Assembly: GCA_041664925.1 (NCBI GenBank)
Contig: JBAYJV010000002.1
Span: forward strand, 136,302 to 200,301
Reading direction: 5' to 3'
DNA length: 64,000 nt
From: Minisyncoccota bacterium
GTDB taxonomy: Bacteria > Patescibacteriota > Minisyncoccia > JBAYJV01
A model generated the notes under the pieces. That model was not told the DNA's origin. It was given only the letters and a program-made list of their open reading frames with translations, and did no database searches. A program made the position numbers and the translations under genes. Each line of letters starts with the position of its first letter. Position 1 is the first letter of the stretch. Shown one piece after another: positions 37,834 through 47,384 of this stretch.

Positions 37834-38799
37834 ATGACAACAAACTCGGCATCTCGCGTTGTAATCTTCACTACTGAGGCGTCGCGATATTTCGCCGAAC
37901 TAATTGCCCAAAGATTGGAAATTCCAATTACCGAAACCCATCGAAGAACTTTTGGTGGCGGTGAAAGATACTATCGTCTCGATATTGACGACAGAGGAAG
38001 CTTAGTTAATAAGGTTGCGATCATTGTAGGATCAACTCATACTGATGAAGATTTTCTTGAAATTGCAAGGATTGGCAGAACCTTAGCTTCATGCGGAACA
38101 TCACGGCGCATCTTCGTCATTCCTTTCTTTGGTTATTCGACCATGGAAAGAGATAAAAAGCCGGGAGAAGTTGTCACGGCAAAAGATTGCGCATGTATTC
38201 TTTCAAGCATACCCAATTCTGGGCTTGGTAATGTTTTTCTAATGATGGATTTGCACGAAGCTGGGTTGGTCCATTATTTTGAGGGTGACTGTGTTAGAAG
38301 AGAGCTTTATGCAGAATCTATTCTGGTTCCAGCTGCCATAGATCTTGGTCTTCGAAATTTCGTAATGGCGACCACCGATCTTGGCAGATCTGATTGGGTG
38401 GAAACATATGCCAAGAAACTCAAGGCAGGCGACATGGCTTTTGTTAGAAAAGCTCGCGATTACGAAATTACTAAAGTTCTTTGCGTTATTGGAGATGTTT
38501 TTGGCGAGATTCTCGTCCCATATGACGATATGATTAGAAGCGGAAGTACTTTCTTTAAGGCAATGCATGCTTATCTTGAAAAAGGAGCAAGTCAGTTTTA
38601 TCCGCTTTTAGGCCACTTAGCATTTAATGATGAATCTGTTATTCAAGAAATTGAAAACGATCCAACGATTGTCCATGTAATTGGCACCAACACTCATTCT
38701 ATGAGTCAGCATCCGTTGGTAAAACAATCTAAGAAAATCGAGGTTGTTGATGTGTCGCCGATTTTCGTAGAAGCAATCCAACAAATAATCGCAGTTTGA
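37834..38799 (+). CDS. prs: Ribose-phosphate pyrophosphokinase family protein (Prs-like; divergent flexible loop FGGGERY)
   Basis: 'IPFFGYSTMERD', 'MDLHEAG', 'VPYDDMIRSGSTF' align with Prs motifs (PYYGYARQDR, DLHA, DDIIDTAGT). Confidence 0.65.
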   Translation: MTTNSASRVVIFTTEASRYFAELIAQRLEIPITETHRRTFGGGERYYRLDIDDRGSLVNKVAIIVGSTHTDEDFLEIARIGRTLASCGTSRRIFVIPFFGYSTMERDKKPGEVVTAKDCACILSSIPNSGLGNVFLMMDLHEAGLVHYFEGDCVRRELYAESILVPAAIDLGLRNFVMATTDLGRSDWVETYAKKLKAGDMAFVRKARDYEITKVLCVIGDVFGEILVPYDDMIRSGSTFFKAMHAYLEKGASQFYPLLGHLAFNDESVIQEIENDPTIVHVIGTNTHSMSQHPLVKQSKKIEVVDVSPIFVEAIQQIIAV

Positions 38800-38809
38800 A
38801 AGGAGAAGA

Positions 38810-39799
38810 ATGTTTAAAAGACCACTGGAAGAGGTTGATGAAAGATTAATCCAAGAAGCAAAAGGTTTAGCTGTTGGCCGAAAACGCGTTTCAGTTGCAT
38901 TTTCTGGTGGCGTTGATTCTACGGTTGTGGTAACAATTCTCTGCCGTGCTTTTGGAGCTGAAAATGTTCTTGCGTTCTATCGCAATATTAGAAGTAATCC
39001 TCTACATGAAGCACATGTCTACGAATTACAAGAACTATTAGGTTTTAATCTTATGGCTGTTGATGCTAATCCAATTTACGACACAATTGTTGGTCAAGCT
39101 CGCGAATGGTTTCAAACACATGGCTACGAGTGGCATAACGAAAATCAACCGGGCACAGAAGAAAGCGGATTCACCAACGCATTCGCTTCTCTCAAGTCCC
39201 GCATCACTACTCCCTATATGGGATTTCTTGCTAAGGCTTGGGATGGTGGAAAAGGTATAATCTTTGGCACAGGAAATGCCGAAGAAGACGGACTTGTCCG
39301 CTACTTTGACAAGTATGGAGACGGAGCGGTTGATAATAATATTTTGAGTGGTCTAACAAAGATGGAAGTCAGACAGATTGCTCTTTATTACGCCAAGGTT
39401 TATGGCAAAGACGGTAAAGAAGCTCAAATTTTCAGAGCTATTGCTGAAAAGTTACCATCAGCCGATCTTAAAGCATGTGGAGATGTTCACAATGACGAGA
39501 GCGAACTGACTTTTTGGGCAAGAACCATGGGATACGATATTCAAATTTCCTATGGCGATTGCGAAAAAGAAGGCAATCTTGCTTGGGCGCTCAAACAAGA
39601 TCTTGATCACGGAGTCATAACCGGTAGCAAAAATCATTGGGGAAGCACTGGTCTTAGTTCATACCTTGACTACACAGATAAACAGATTAAGCTCATTGCG
39701 TTCCTGCGAAAAATTGAGCGCTCAACCAGGCATAAAGCTAATCCTAATATGCCTGGATTGTCGAGAGTTACTCTTAGGATGGAAGGTTACGTAGACTAG
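38810..39799 (+). CDS. nadE: NH3-dependent NAD+ synthetase (PP-loop ATP pyrophosphatase)
   Basis: 'VAFSGGVDSTVV' PP-loop; NadE-like length and layout. Confidence 0.75.
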   Translation: MFKRPLEEVDERLIQEAKGLAVGRKRVSVAFSGGVDSTVVVTILCRAFGAENVLAFYRNIRSNPLHEAHVYELQELLGFNLMAVDANPIYDTIVGQAREWFQTHGYEWHNENQPGTEESGFTNAFASLKSRITTPYMGFLAKAWDGGKGIIFGTGNAEEDGLVRYFDKYGDGAVDNNILSGLTKMEVRQIALYYAKVYGKDGKEAQIFRAIAEKLPSADLKACGDVHNDESELTFWARTMGYDIQISYGDCEKEGNLAWALKQDLDHGVITGSKNHWGSTGLSSYLDYTDKQIKLIAFLRKIERSTRHKANPNMPGLSRVTLRMEGYVD

Positions 39800-39810
39800 G
39801 AGGAGGCACC

Positions 39811-40164
39811 ATGACCGAAGAAACAGTGCTTCAGAAGGCAAGACGATTAAGAGGCGAAATTGCAGTACTTCAAGTCGACCTAGATGGAACAAGAAGAGAA
39901 TTAGATGCTCTAGAGAAATCATGTCGTCATGATTGGACAAATCCTGAGCGTATTGATGATCGAGTCATTTCAGGATATCAAGATCATGGTGATCCTCCAG
40001 GCACTATAGGAGTGGATCGCAGACTTCCCTGTTACGTGCCTGAACAAAGGTTTCCTCGATGGATGCGCAAATGTAGAACATGCGGATTAGCTCAAATCAC
40101 TGAAGATTTTGAAGAAAAAACAGGTTCCACAAAAGTTCCTTCATTTCCTGCTACGCAGCATTAA
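39811..40164 (+). CDS. Small protein with putative Cys zinc ribbon (CRHDW ... CRTCG)
   Basis: RBS aggaggagg; coiled N-terminus; last gene of the plus-strand island operon. Confidence 0.45.
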   Translation: MTEETVLQKARRLRGEIAVLQVDLDGTRRELDALEKSCRHDWTNPERIDDRVISGYQDHGDPPGTIGVDRRLPCYVPEQRFPRWMRKCRTCGLAQITEDFEEKTGSTKVPSFPATQH

Positions 40165-40214
40165 AACAAATCTCCCTAGCCAGCGCGCTAGGGAGTTTTT
40201 CTTTGTCTACATTT

Positions 40215-41969
40215 TTATGGTTGTAACCTGATATCTAAATATTTTTTCCAAATATCAATCGTACCACCGCCACTTTGCCATTTTTGCCAAAATTCTTCAT
40301 AATCTTTTTTTGTAGGAATCGCTGCGCAAAAATCTTTTCCTTGTTTTACATAATCAGAATCAATCCATTGCAATAATCCAATCTTTCTAAATTCCCACGC
40401 TTCATCATAACGATAAACTTTCCCTGAAATATAAACCATCTGAGTACTTCCATTTTCTTTAGTAATTCTAAACCAACTAAATGGATTTGAATCAATTTGC
40501 CATTTTTTGCTTTTTTCAAATTTATTGACAATTTCCGCAATCTGCTTAATATCTTCTTCAGTTAAATTACCCTGCATGATTAAGTCTGCGGCTGATGGCG
40601 CGCCTTCTGGCGCTCTTTCTTGAATAACATATCGAAAAGGCGGACCTTCTTTATCGCTATCGATAATATTTAAATGCGGAACGCCAAACTCATCCAAAGT
40701 CTTCTGACGTTCGATTATCTGATACATTGACTTAAAAACATTATGATCATTGCGTGTATCACCGCGGACAAACTTCAAAACCAAATCTGGATATTCTTTA
40801 AGTCTTAAAATAATTTTTTTAGTTCCAATTTTAATTGATTCTCTGTCAATTTGAAATTCTTGACCGCCAATATTAACGACTTCTCTTTCTAGGTCAACAC
40901 TAATTGAGTTAAGGATTTTTTTATAGTCTACTTCTTCGGGTAATATTTTTTGTTCTTCAGCATCTTCAAAAACAGCTTCCGGTTTTTCGGCAACAACGAC
41001 CATGTGTGTCATTGGAAAATCTGTTTTTTCAAGTCCTTCGTCGGTCATTTTATAAAGTCCGATTTTTCCTTGAAGTCGATTTTTTAGAATCCACTCGTTC
41101 GGATCAGGAACAATCTGAACATTTACGTAACCAATTTCTTCTAAAACTCTTTTAGCCTCCTCAGGTGTCCAATAAGTATATTTTTCTTCAATCTCGCTTC
41201 GCCAATTTCCGGTATAATCTTTGCGCAAATAAAATTCGTGCGCCCATTCAGGACTTAATTTTATATATTCTTCTCCATCAATAATTACTCTTTCATAATC
41301 AAAAGCATTACCGCCGCGAAATTCTTGATGGAAACGATCAAACAAAGCCGATGTTGAAAGTTCGTTATAATCAATATCTTCTTTGACAGTTCCTTCAGGC
41401 ACTTTTTCCAGACCGGCTTTTGAAATAATTTTCATATAAACTGGTTCCTGATTTTCCGGCTTTGCGAAGTCTCGAACAATTACTCTGCCACCAGCCTCAA
41501 GTTCTAAAAAAGTATTTTCCATAGCCTTGCGTGCACTACCTTGACCGCCAAAAGACTCTGCTTCGTGAAGGCTTGTGGAATAATATTTAACCTTGACTGA
41601 ACCTGAGGGAAAAACTTTTTCCCGGGCATCAGCATGAAGTAAACGCACTAAAGAACCCCTGTCGCTTGCTTGTTCTAATTGTTCGTGAGAAAGATCTTCA
41701 CCATAAACACGCGTATGAGGAAATGTGCGTGCAATCAGCTCCGCTACCTGCCCGGTACCAGAACCAGCATCAACGATAACATCACCGTCCTCAACATTAA
41801 AATAGGGAGCAATTGAATCAACTTTTGCCAGGGTTGCAGCGTCAAGCGATTGATTATAAATCGTAAAATCACGGTGTTCGTCAGCCACCTCAAAATGTTC
41901 TTCTAATGCTTCTCTATTAAGCATTTCCCCTCTGTCAACATTCTCAATTTTGCTCTTTTGTTCAGACAT
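40215..41969 (-). CDS. Class I SAM-dependent methyltransferase domain + ~350-aa C-terminal domain of unknown function
   Basis: 'VIVDAGSGTGQVAELIA' motif I, acidic motif II 'YGEDLS'; convergent with the island operon. Confidence 0.55.
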   Translation of the reverse strand: MSEQKSKIENVDRGEMLNREALEEHFEVADEHRDFTIYNQSLDAATLAKVDSIAPYFNVEDGDVIVDAGSGTGQVAELIARTFPHTRVYGEDLSHEQLEQASDRGSLVRLLHADAREKVFPSGSVKVKYYSTSLHEAESFGGQGSARKAMENTFLELEAGGRVIVRDFAKPENQEPVYMKIISKAGLEKVPEGTVKEDIDYNELSTSALFDRFHQEFRGGNAFDYERVIIDGEEYIKLSPEWAHEFYLRKDYTGNWRSEIEEKYTYWTPEEAKRVLEEIGYVNVQIVPDPNEWILKNRLQGKIGLYKMTDEGLEKTDFPMTHMVVVAEKPEAVFEDAEEQKILPEEVDYKKILNSISVDLEREVVNIGGQEFQIDRESIKIGTKKIILRLKEYPDLVLKFVRGDTRNDHNVFKSMYQIIERQKTLDEFGVPHLNIIDSDKEGPPFRYVIQERAPEGAPSAADLIMQGNLTEEDIKQIAEIVNKFEKSKKWQIDSNPFSWFRITKENGSTQMVYISGKVYRYDEAWEFRKIGLLQWIDSDYVKQGKDFCAAIPTKKDYEEFWQKWQSGGGTIDIWKKYLDIRLQP

Positions 41970-42053
41970 AAAAATTAAAAAGTTTTTTTAATTTGTTTAT
42001 ATTGCTATTGATTTTTTAAAAAAATGTGCTAATGTAAAAAATAGGAGGCGAGA

Positions 42054-42512
42054 ATGGATATCAAGGCAAAATCGGCATACCCCGCAAGCGCATTAAGCAA
42101 TTTCGCTCCGCATTCTTTTGAGATAGATGGCGTTAAGTGCGCTTCGATGGAAGGGTTTCTTCAGTCGCTTAAAGTCACGGATCCATTCTTTCAAATAGAT
42201 GTTTGTCAGCTAGTTGGCTCTGATGCCAGACATTGGGGCGACGAACACAATGCCGAATGGAGAAAAGCTCAGACATTGTGGTGGCAAAGCAAAGCCTATG
42301 ACCGCCATAGTCCTGAATATCAAGAACTTCTTGACCGAGCTTTTGAGGCGCTTCTCAAAAACGAAGATTTCAGAAGAGCTCTCTTGATAACCAATCAAGA
42401 AACCCTGACTCATTCCATCGGTCAGACCGACCCGCACATTTCCATTCTTACGCAGGAAGAATTCTGTTCGCGCTTAATGAAAATGCGCAGTAGATTGCTT
42501 CTCAAAAAGTAA
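42054..42512 (+). CDS. NADAR (YbiA-like) domain protein
   Basis: 'LSNFAPHSFEIDGVKCASMEGFLQSLK' signature of the NADAR/DUF1768 family; terminator gaccgcc...ggcggtc + T-run follows. Confidence 0.65.
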   Translation: MDIKAKSAYPASALSNFAPHSFEIDGVKCASMEGFLQSLKVTDPFFQIDVCQLVGSDARHWGDEHNAEWRKAQTLWWQSKAYDRHSPEYQELLDRAFEALLKNEDFRRALLITNQETLTHSIGQTDPHISILTQEEFCSRLMKMRSRLLLKK

Positions 42513-42793
42513 GGTTCATTGACCGCCGCATGACAAAAACTTGAGGCGGTCTTTTTTTACTTCAAAACATCTAACATTTCCAAAAGCTCTTTTTTTATTT
42601 CATCTGGCGGAATATCATCTTTTTCGGGATATTGTTGTTTTTCTAAACTTTCCATATTTTCATTTTATCCCAATAAAAAGAAATATACAAAAATAAATTT
42701 CCATAATCTGATTATGGGATGGAAATGACCGTTGTGCTTGACGTAAAATAATTTATATGCTATACTGACAATATAATTGAAAAGGAGGCAGAA

Positions 42794-43066
42794 ATGTATC
42801 TCGAGCTGCACGATAACGAAAAAGGCAATACTCTCTGCGCTAGGGTTAAAGATATCGAATACGATTATGTGGCTGAACAGTGGGTAATTGATACTCACAA
42901 TGATGCCAGTGCTACTAAAGTCGTCAAGTGGATTCTCTATGATGACATAGGAATTCGCTGTGTCTGGGAACGCCCTGAAGGCGACGAGTCAATGCCCAGC
43001 ATTACCCAGCGCTCTGCCCGCTTTACTGGAAAGTGGGAAAAGGGACCCGCTGAAGTTTCAATCTAA
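42794..43066 (+). CDS. Hypothetical 90-aa protein
   Basis: Promoter TTGACG-17-TATACT, RBS aaaggagg. Confidence 0.45.
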   Translation: MYLELHDNEKGNTLCARVKDIEYDYVAEQWVIDTHNDASATKVVKWILYDDIGIRCVWERPEGDESMPSITQRSARFTGKWEKGPAEVSI

Positions 43067-43254
43067 GCTACCGAAGATACATACCCAATTTACCGCCAAT
43101 ATACCAAAAGGTTGAGGCGGTTTTTTTAAAAAAAACATATAAAAAAAAGACTGCTTTTAATTTAGTGAACAATATTCTGTTTTCTTCTGCAATAAAAAAA
43201 AGAGGGGTCCGGCGTACATCATCTGCCGAACCCCTTCTACTCGTAAGCGCTAGC

Positions 43255-43569
43255 TTACCGCACTTCGACTTCTTCCTTGAGAAGCGTGGCATAACCAAGC
43301 TTCTCGAGAAGTCTCTCGATCTTCGCGCGCGGACCCTTGATCGTTCCACACGAACTGACGTGATCGCCATAGTCGGTGGTGACAATTTCGGCTCCGACCG
43401 TCTTGTGTCCTTCGTCAATCTTCCAGGAAATGGAAGCAACAGGCGACCAACAAGCACAATTCACGCCGTCGGCACCAAGAATGTCGACATGTTGCGAAGC
43501 TCCCGTGTTTCCGATCTGGCGAATTCCGACAACATCTTCCACAACAACAACCGGTTCTTGCTTTTCCAT
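43255..43569 (-). CDS. GC-rich ~104-aa hypothetical protein (HVDILGADGVNCAC motif)
   Basis: Promoter 'TTGACAtttaaaatataatatgcTATAATg' with the same -10 context as the GC-rich def; RBS gagggagg; strong terminator 'aggggttcggcagatgatgtacgccggacccct' + T8. Overlapping ORFs 43068..43457 and 43165..43596 rejected. Confidence 0.5.
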   Translation of the reverse strand: MEKQEPVVVVEDVVGIRQIGNTGASQHVDILGADGVNCACWSPVASISWKIDEGHKTVGAEIVTTDYGDHVSSCGTIKGPRAKIERLLEKLGYATLLKEEVEVR

Positions 43570-43690
43570 AATGCCTCCCTCTTTTTCGTTTCTTAATGCC
43601 ATTATAGCATATTATATTTTAAATGTCAACAAGAAATACTGTATTGTAAATAAAAAAACCTTTAAAAAGAGGTTTTTCATAATTTATTCT

Positions 43691-44347
43691 TTATTTTTCT
43701 AATTTTTTATTAGTTGAATTTCCTTGATTTTTATTTTGACGGTTGAGTTTGCGATTGCGGAAATATTTTTTTATCCTTGGAATTACAAAGAGAAATAGAA
43801 TTGCAATAATAGCTACAGCAACTAAAATTTTACCAACAGTAAGATGTTCAGCAACACTTTGCCATCTTTTTCCCAATAAACGACCCGCAGTAACATAACC
43901 ACCGCTCCAAAGCATTGCTGATGCAATGACTGCCGGCAAAAATTTTCTAGGCGAAATTCTCATTAAGCCAGCTGCCACTGAAGCATAGCCTCGCAAGTAG
44001 GGGACTAAGCGCCCCAGAAAGACGCCAAGAGTTCCTCGACGATTAATATTTTCCTTAAATTTTTCAATCTTTTCAGCAGGAAACCAACGGGAAGCAAAGT
44101 GTACAATCCGATCGCCAAAAAAATAGAAAACCAGGTAAAGAATGGTCGTACCAATAAAATCTGCCGCTACGCCAAATAAAAGAATAAGGGAAAATTTAAG
44201 AGCGCCCGTAGAAGCAAGATAGCCCGCAAATAACAAGATAATTTCATTAGGAACAGGATTGGGCACGCCTAATTCTTGCAAAAATATCATTGAAAAAACT
44301 GCTAAATAACCGTATTTTGTTATATAAATTGCTAGCTCTGGAGGCAT
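43691..44347 (-). CDS. dedA: DedA/SNARE-associated family membrane protein
   Basis: DedA-type pattern with 'GYLASTG', 'RLVPYLRGYASVAAGLMRIS'. Confidence 0.75.
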   Translation of the reverse strand: MPPELAIYITKYGYLAVFSMIFLQELGVPNPVPNEIILLFAGYLASTGALKFSLILLFGVAADFIGTTILYLVFYFFGDRIVHFASRWFPAEKIEKFKENINRRGTLGVFLGRLVPYLRGYASVAAGLMRISPRKFLPAVIASAMLWSGGYVTAGRLLGKRWQSVAEHLTVGKILVAVAIIAILFLFVIPRIKKYFRNRKLNRQNKNQGNSTNKKLEK

Positions 44348-44540
44348 ATTGGTAAAAACTTAATCACTACATTTAATATTCCATAATCATATCAGAAAAA
44401 AATGTCGCTAGGAAGAGTCTCGATATCTAAATTGTGGATATCTATATTAATTTAATTTACTAATAAATTTTGTTTTATAAAAATAAAATGTTATTATTAA
44501 CATAGATTTGTAATTTGCGCATATTTGCGTATTAAATTCT

Positions 44541-45275
44541 ATGGATAAAAATTCAAAACCAGTAATCTATTTGGGTATTATTTTAGGAGTAAGTTTTGTC
44601 GCTTGTGCGCTGATTTTCGGATTATTTTTTTATAATAAAAAACCGATAGATAACACTCTAACAGTTACTGGTTCTGCTAAAAAAACTGTTACTTCTGATT
44701 TGGGAAAATTAATCGGATCGTTTTCGCGAACCGTTACTATCTACGACCTTAAATCAGGTTATGAACAAATGGCAAGCGACTTAGTGATTGTAAAAGATTT
44801 TTTCAAGAAACAGGGGATTGATGAAAAATCGCTTGTTATTTCTCCTGTTTTTATGGATCAACAATATAAATATGATTCTAGCGGTCAAGCGCCCACTGAA
44901 TATATGTTGCGCCAAACAATTGAGTTGCAATTGAAAGATGTTAATAAAATCACCCAGCTTTCCAGCGCCACTCAGGAGCTAATTAAAGATGGCGTGCTTT
45001 ATTCAACTCAAGCGCCTGAATATTATTATACTGACTTGGCAAAAACAAGAATCGATCTTTTAGGAGAAGCGGTAAAAGATGCTAAGGCCAGAGCCGATAA
45101 AATTGCTCAGAGTGGGGGACAAAAAGTCAGATCGTTGAATTCAGCTAGCGTCGGCGTCACTCAAGTGACTTCTGTTAATTCGATTGATTCAATCTCCGAC
45201 TATGGCGCCTACGACACATCAAAGATTGAAAAAGAAGTTATGATTACTGTAAAAACAATCTTTTCGTTAAAGTAA
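44541..45275 (+). CDS. SIMPL-domain (BP26/DUF541-like) secreted/periplasmic protein
   Basis: N-terminal TM anchor; SIMPL-like 'LTVTGSAKKTVTSDLGKLIGSFSRTVTIYDL...' layout. Confidence 0.6.
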   Translation: MDKNSKPVIYLGIILGVSFVACALIFGLFFYNKKPIDNTLTVTGSAKKTVTSDLGKLIGSFSRTVTIYDLKSGYEQMASDLVIVKDFFKKQGIDEKSLVISPVFMDQQYKYDSSGQAPTEYMLRQTIELQLKDVNKITQLSSATQELIKDGVLYSTQAPEYYYTDLAKTRIDLLGEAVKDAKARADKIAQSGGQKVRSLNSASVGVTQVTSVNSIDSISDYGAYDTSKIEKEVMITVKTIFSLK

Positions 45276-45347
45276 ATATATTCTAGAGTTATAAATGAAA
45301 AAAAGAGGTTCGTCTTGAACCTCTTTTGTGTTCGTCACTAAACTAAT

Positions 45348-45641
45348 CTAACTTCTACGAAATCTCACTTGACGATTGCGTGCAAGTAATTCCTTTGGCA
45401 TTCTCAGGCAAAAATATACTCTTTTATATTCAGCCAAAGACACTACGATAGAAGAGATCAATCCAACAAGTCCTGCTACAAAAACAAGTAATGTCAAACA
45501 TTCATCTGTCCAGTAATAATCACAAGTAAGATTATCCGAAGAATAATATTTCCTCCAATAACCCTTGTTGATTCCATAGCCGAAGAATCCCAGAACAAAC
45601 CACCCGGCTAAAGTAATCGCAATTACTGTTGCAGTTGACAT
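45348..45641 (-). CDS. Small membrane protein behind a modular conserved leader
   Basis: RBS 'ctctaaaggaggaaagATG'. Leader GTAGTCCcggcaagccGGGACTA hairpin + AGCTTTTAAGCTCAC.AAAGTTTGCTAAAAATCTCTAAAGGAGG. Promoter TTGACA-16-TAATAT then AGTTCTTAAAAA. Confidence 0.5.
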   Translation of the reverse strand: MSTATVIAITLAGWFVLGFFGYGINKGYWRKYYSSDNLTCDYYWTDECLTLLVFVAGLVGLISSIVVSLAEYKRVYFCLRMPKELLARNRQVRFRRS

Positions 45642-45865
45642 CTTTCCTCCTTTAGAGATTTTTAGCAAACTTTTGTGAGCTTAAAAGCTCTTAGTCCCGG
45701 CTTGCCGGGACTACATCCATATTATTTTTTAAGAACTATTTACATATTACTATTAAGAATAAAAAATGTCAATAAAAAAAAGCGGCGCTTGTCTTCGCGC
45801 CGCATGAAATTCTCTCTTTAGAAAATGTCCAATTCTTTAACGAGATGAGACTAGAAAATATTAAG

Positions 45866-46315
45866 TCATCCTGAAACTTTTGGTCTAGGCATACACAACA
45901 TTATTGCTTTCGCAATACTATCTTGACATGTGCGATCTTCCGCTGCAGCTCGCGCGATATTCCAGAAAACTCTTGCTTGTTCAGCATCAAGTTCTAGATA
46001 AGGAATGTCAAAATATTCTGAACTTACTTCAAATGCCTCTCTGTCTTCTGTCTTTTCTCTTAATGTTACAACCTGATAAACAACACATTCTTCAGTCACA
46101 AACTCGATTTCGTCATGTTCCTCAGTCCAGATAAATCCCTTGACTACAAATGTTTGCCCTTCTAGATTGTCGACTCCTAATTCCTGCGCTATTGATTCTA
46201 GTACTTCACTTAACTCTTCTTGTAGTAGGTCTTTCGGTTTTACACCAGAAAATTTAATCCTTTGCCCAACTCGAACCGGTTCATAAATCCTAACCTTCTT
46301 AGTCGATTCGCTCAT
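45866..46315 (-). CDS. Hypothetical acidic protein
   Basis: 149-aa ORF with RBS. Confidence 0.45.
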   Translation of the reverse strand: MSESTKKVRIYEPVRVGQRIKFSGVKPKDLLQEELSEVLESIAQELGVDNLEGQTFVVKGFIWTEEHDEIEFVTEECVVYQVVTLREKTEDREAFEVSSEYFDIPYLELDAEQARVFWNIARAAAEDRTCQDSIAKAIMLCMPRPKVSG

Positions 46316-46334
46316 CTTGCATCCTCCTTATGCT

Positions 46335-46679
46335 CTACTCAATGTACTCTCTGAAAATCTCGCGAACCTTTGCCGGGCATTCTTCCGGAAGCCATTCCTG
46401 CACGCTCAAAAGTTCATCATCAATCATTTCAAGAAGAAGTTGGTCATATTCAACTTCGCCAGGTCTCTTAGATTCATAGCCAGTATGAGTCTGTAAATCA
46501 AAGAAACGAAAAGCCTTGATAGGTTTGTTTTCTTTTCGTGCAATCGCCCTTACAATATCTTCGGCGCAATTGATAGTGGATAAGCTTTCTCTGCCAGTTG
46601 CGGTAAAGACGCAAATCCCTTCATCAAGAATCACATAAGCTATTCCCTTATGGTGCACATCGATGATTTTCTTTTTCAT
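46335..46679 (-). CDS. Hypothetical protein
   Basis: 114-aa ORF, RBS aggaggatg. Confidence 0.45.
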   Translation of the reverse strand: MKKKIIDVHHKGIAYVILDEGICVFTATGRESLSTINCAEDIVRAIARKENKPIKAFRFFDLQTHTGYESKRPGEVEYDQLLLEMIDDELLSVQEWLPEECPAKVREIFREYIE

Positions 46680-46680
46680 T

Positions 46681-47172
46681 TTATCTCCCTTCCTTAGGAC
46701 ACGGACAAAGAGCTTTAGAAGGAGAAATAATGACCAGAACCAATAAGCGGATAAGCATTATGATACACCAGCAAACTGTTGTAAAAATATTCCAGATAAT
46801 CTTAAACCACCAACCGCCAATCGCCATGAAGAAGAGATATCGATTAATTTTTTCTTTTTGTTCTTTGTAGTATCTGCTTGATTCGTTAACTGGTAATGGC
46901 ACCAAAAAACTATCAAACCCATCGACTAACCTACTTATTGGCCATAAAAAACAGTATAAGAAACGATGCCATCTTTTTTCTCTGTCGTAATTCCAATAGA
47001 GCTTGAGGTTTAGCTTCCCAACGCAGTAACCAATATTCAGATAGATAATCGACAACGCCGGAATACTTACCTGAAGCGGGATTGCTTTCCAAAAAACAAT
47101 CACCATTGAAACTACGAGTGCCATTACCGCCAGCGCCACCCACTGCCACACCTTCTTTTTCATCCTGTGCAC
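46681..47172 (-). CDS. Integral membrane protein, unknown
   Basis: Multiple TM helices; ~340-nt composite leader upstream (47173-47515). Confidence 0.5.
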   Translation of the reverse strand: MHRMKKKVWQWVALAVMALVVSMVIVFWKAIPLQVSIPALSIIYLNIGYCVGKLNLKLYWNYDREKRWHRFLYCFLWPISRLVDGFDSFLVPLPVNESSRYYKEQKEKINRYLFFMAIGGWWFKIIWNIFTTVCWCIIMLIRLLVLVIISPSKALCPCPKEGR

Positions 47173-47384
47173 CTCCCTTAGAGATTCTTACTGAACGCTA
47201 GTGAAGTATAGAAGATCTTAGGTCCCGCCGAAGCTGAAGGCGAAGGCGGACATATTCTATACCCCCTGTAATTACTTTATGCGAAGAAGGACTACTTTTG
47301 ATTTCTTACTGAACTACGGTGAAGTTAGAAACTCTTAGGTCCCGTACCGTGCTTTGCTCTGGTACGGGACTACCTTTAACTTGT

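Noticed and set aside
42540-42660. 31-aa minus-strand micro-ORF (MESLEKQQYPEKDDIPPDEIKKELLEMLDVLK)
   Set aside because: No RBS or promoter evidence and too short to support; mentioned only for completeness
43068-43596. Overlapping ORFs 43068..43457 (-) and 43165..43596 (+)
   Set aside because: Arg/Ser-rich low-complexity translations typical of GC-rich antisense frames; only the 43255..43569 minus-strand frame has a promoter, RBS and terminator
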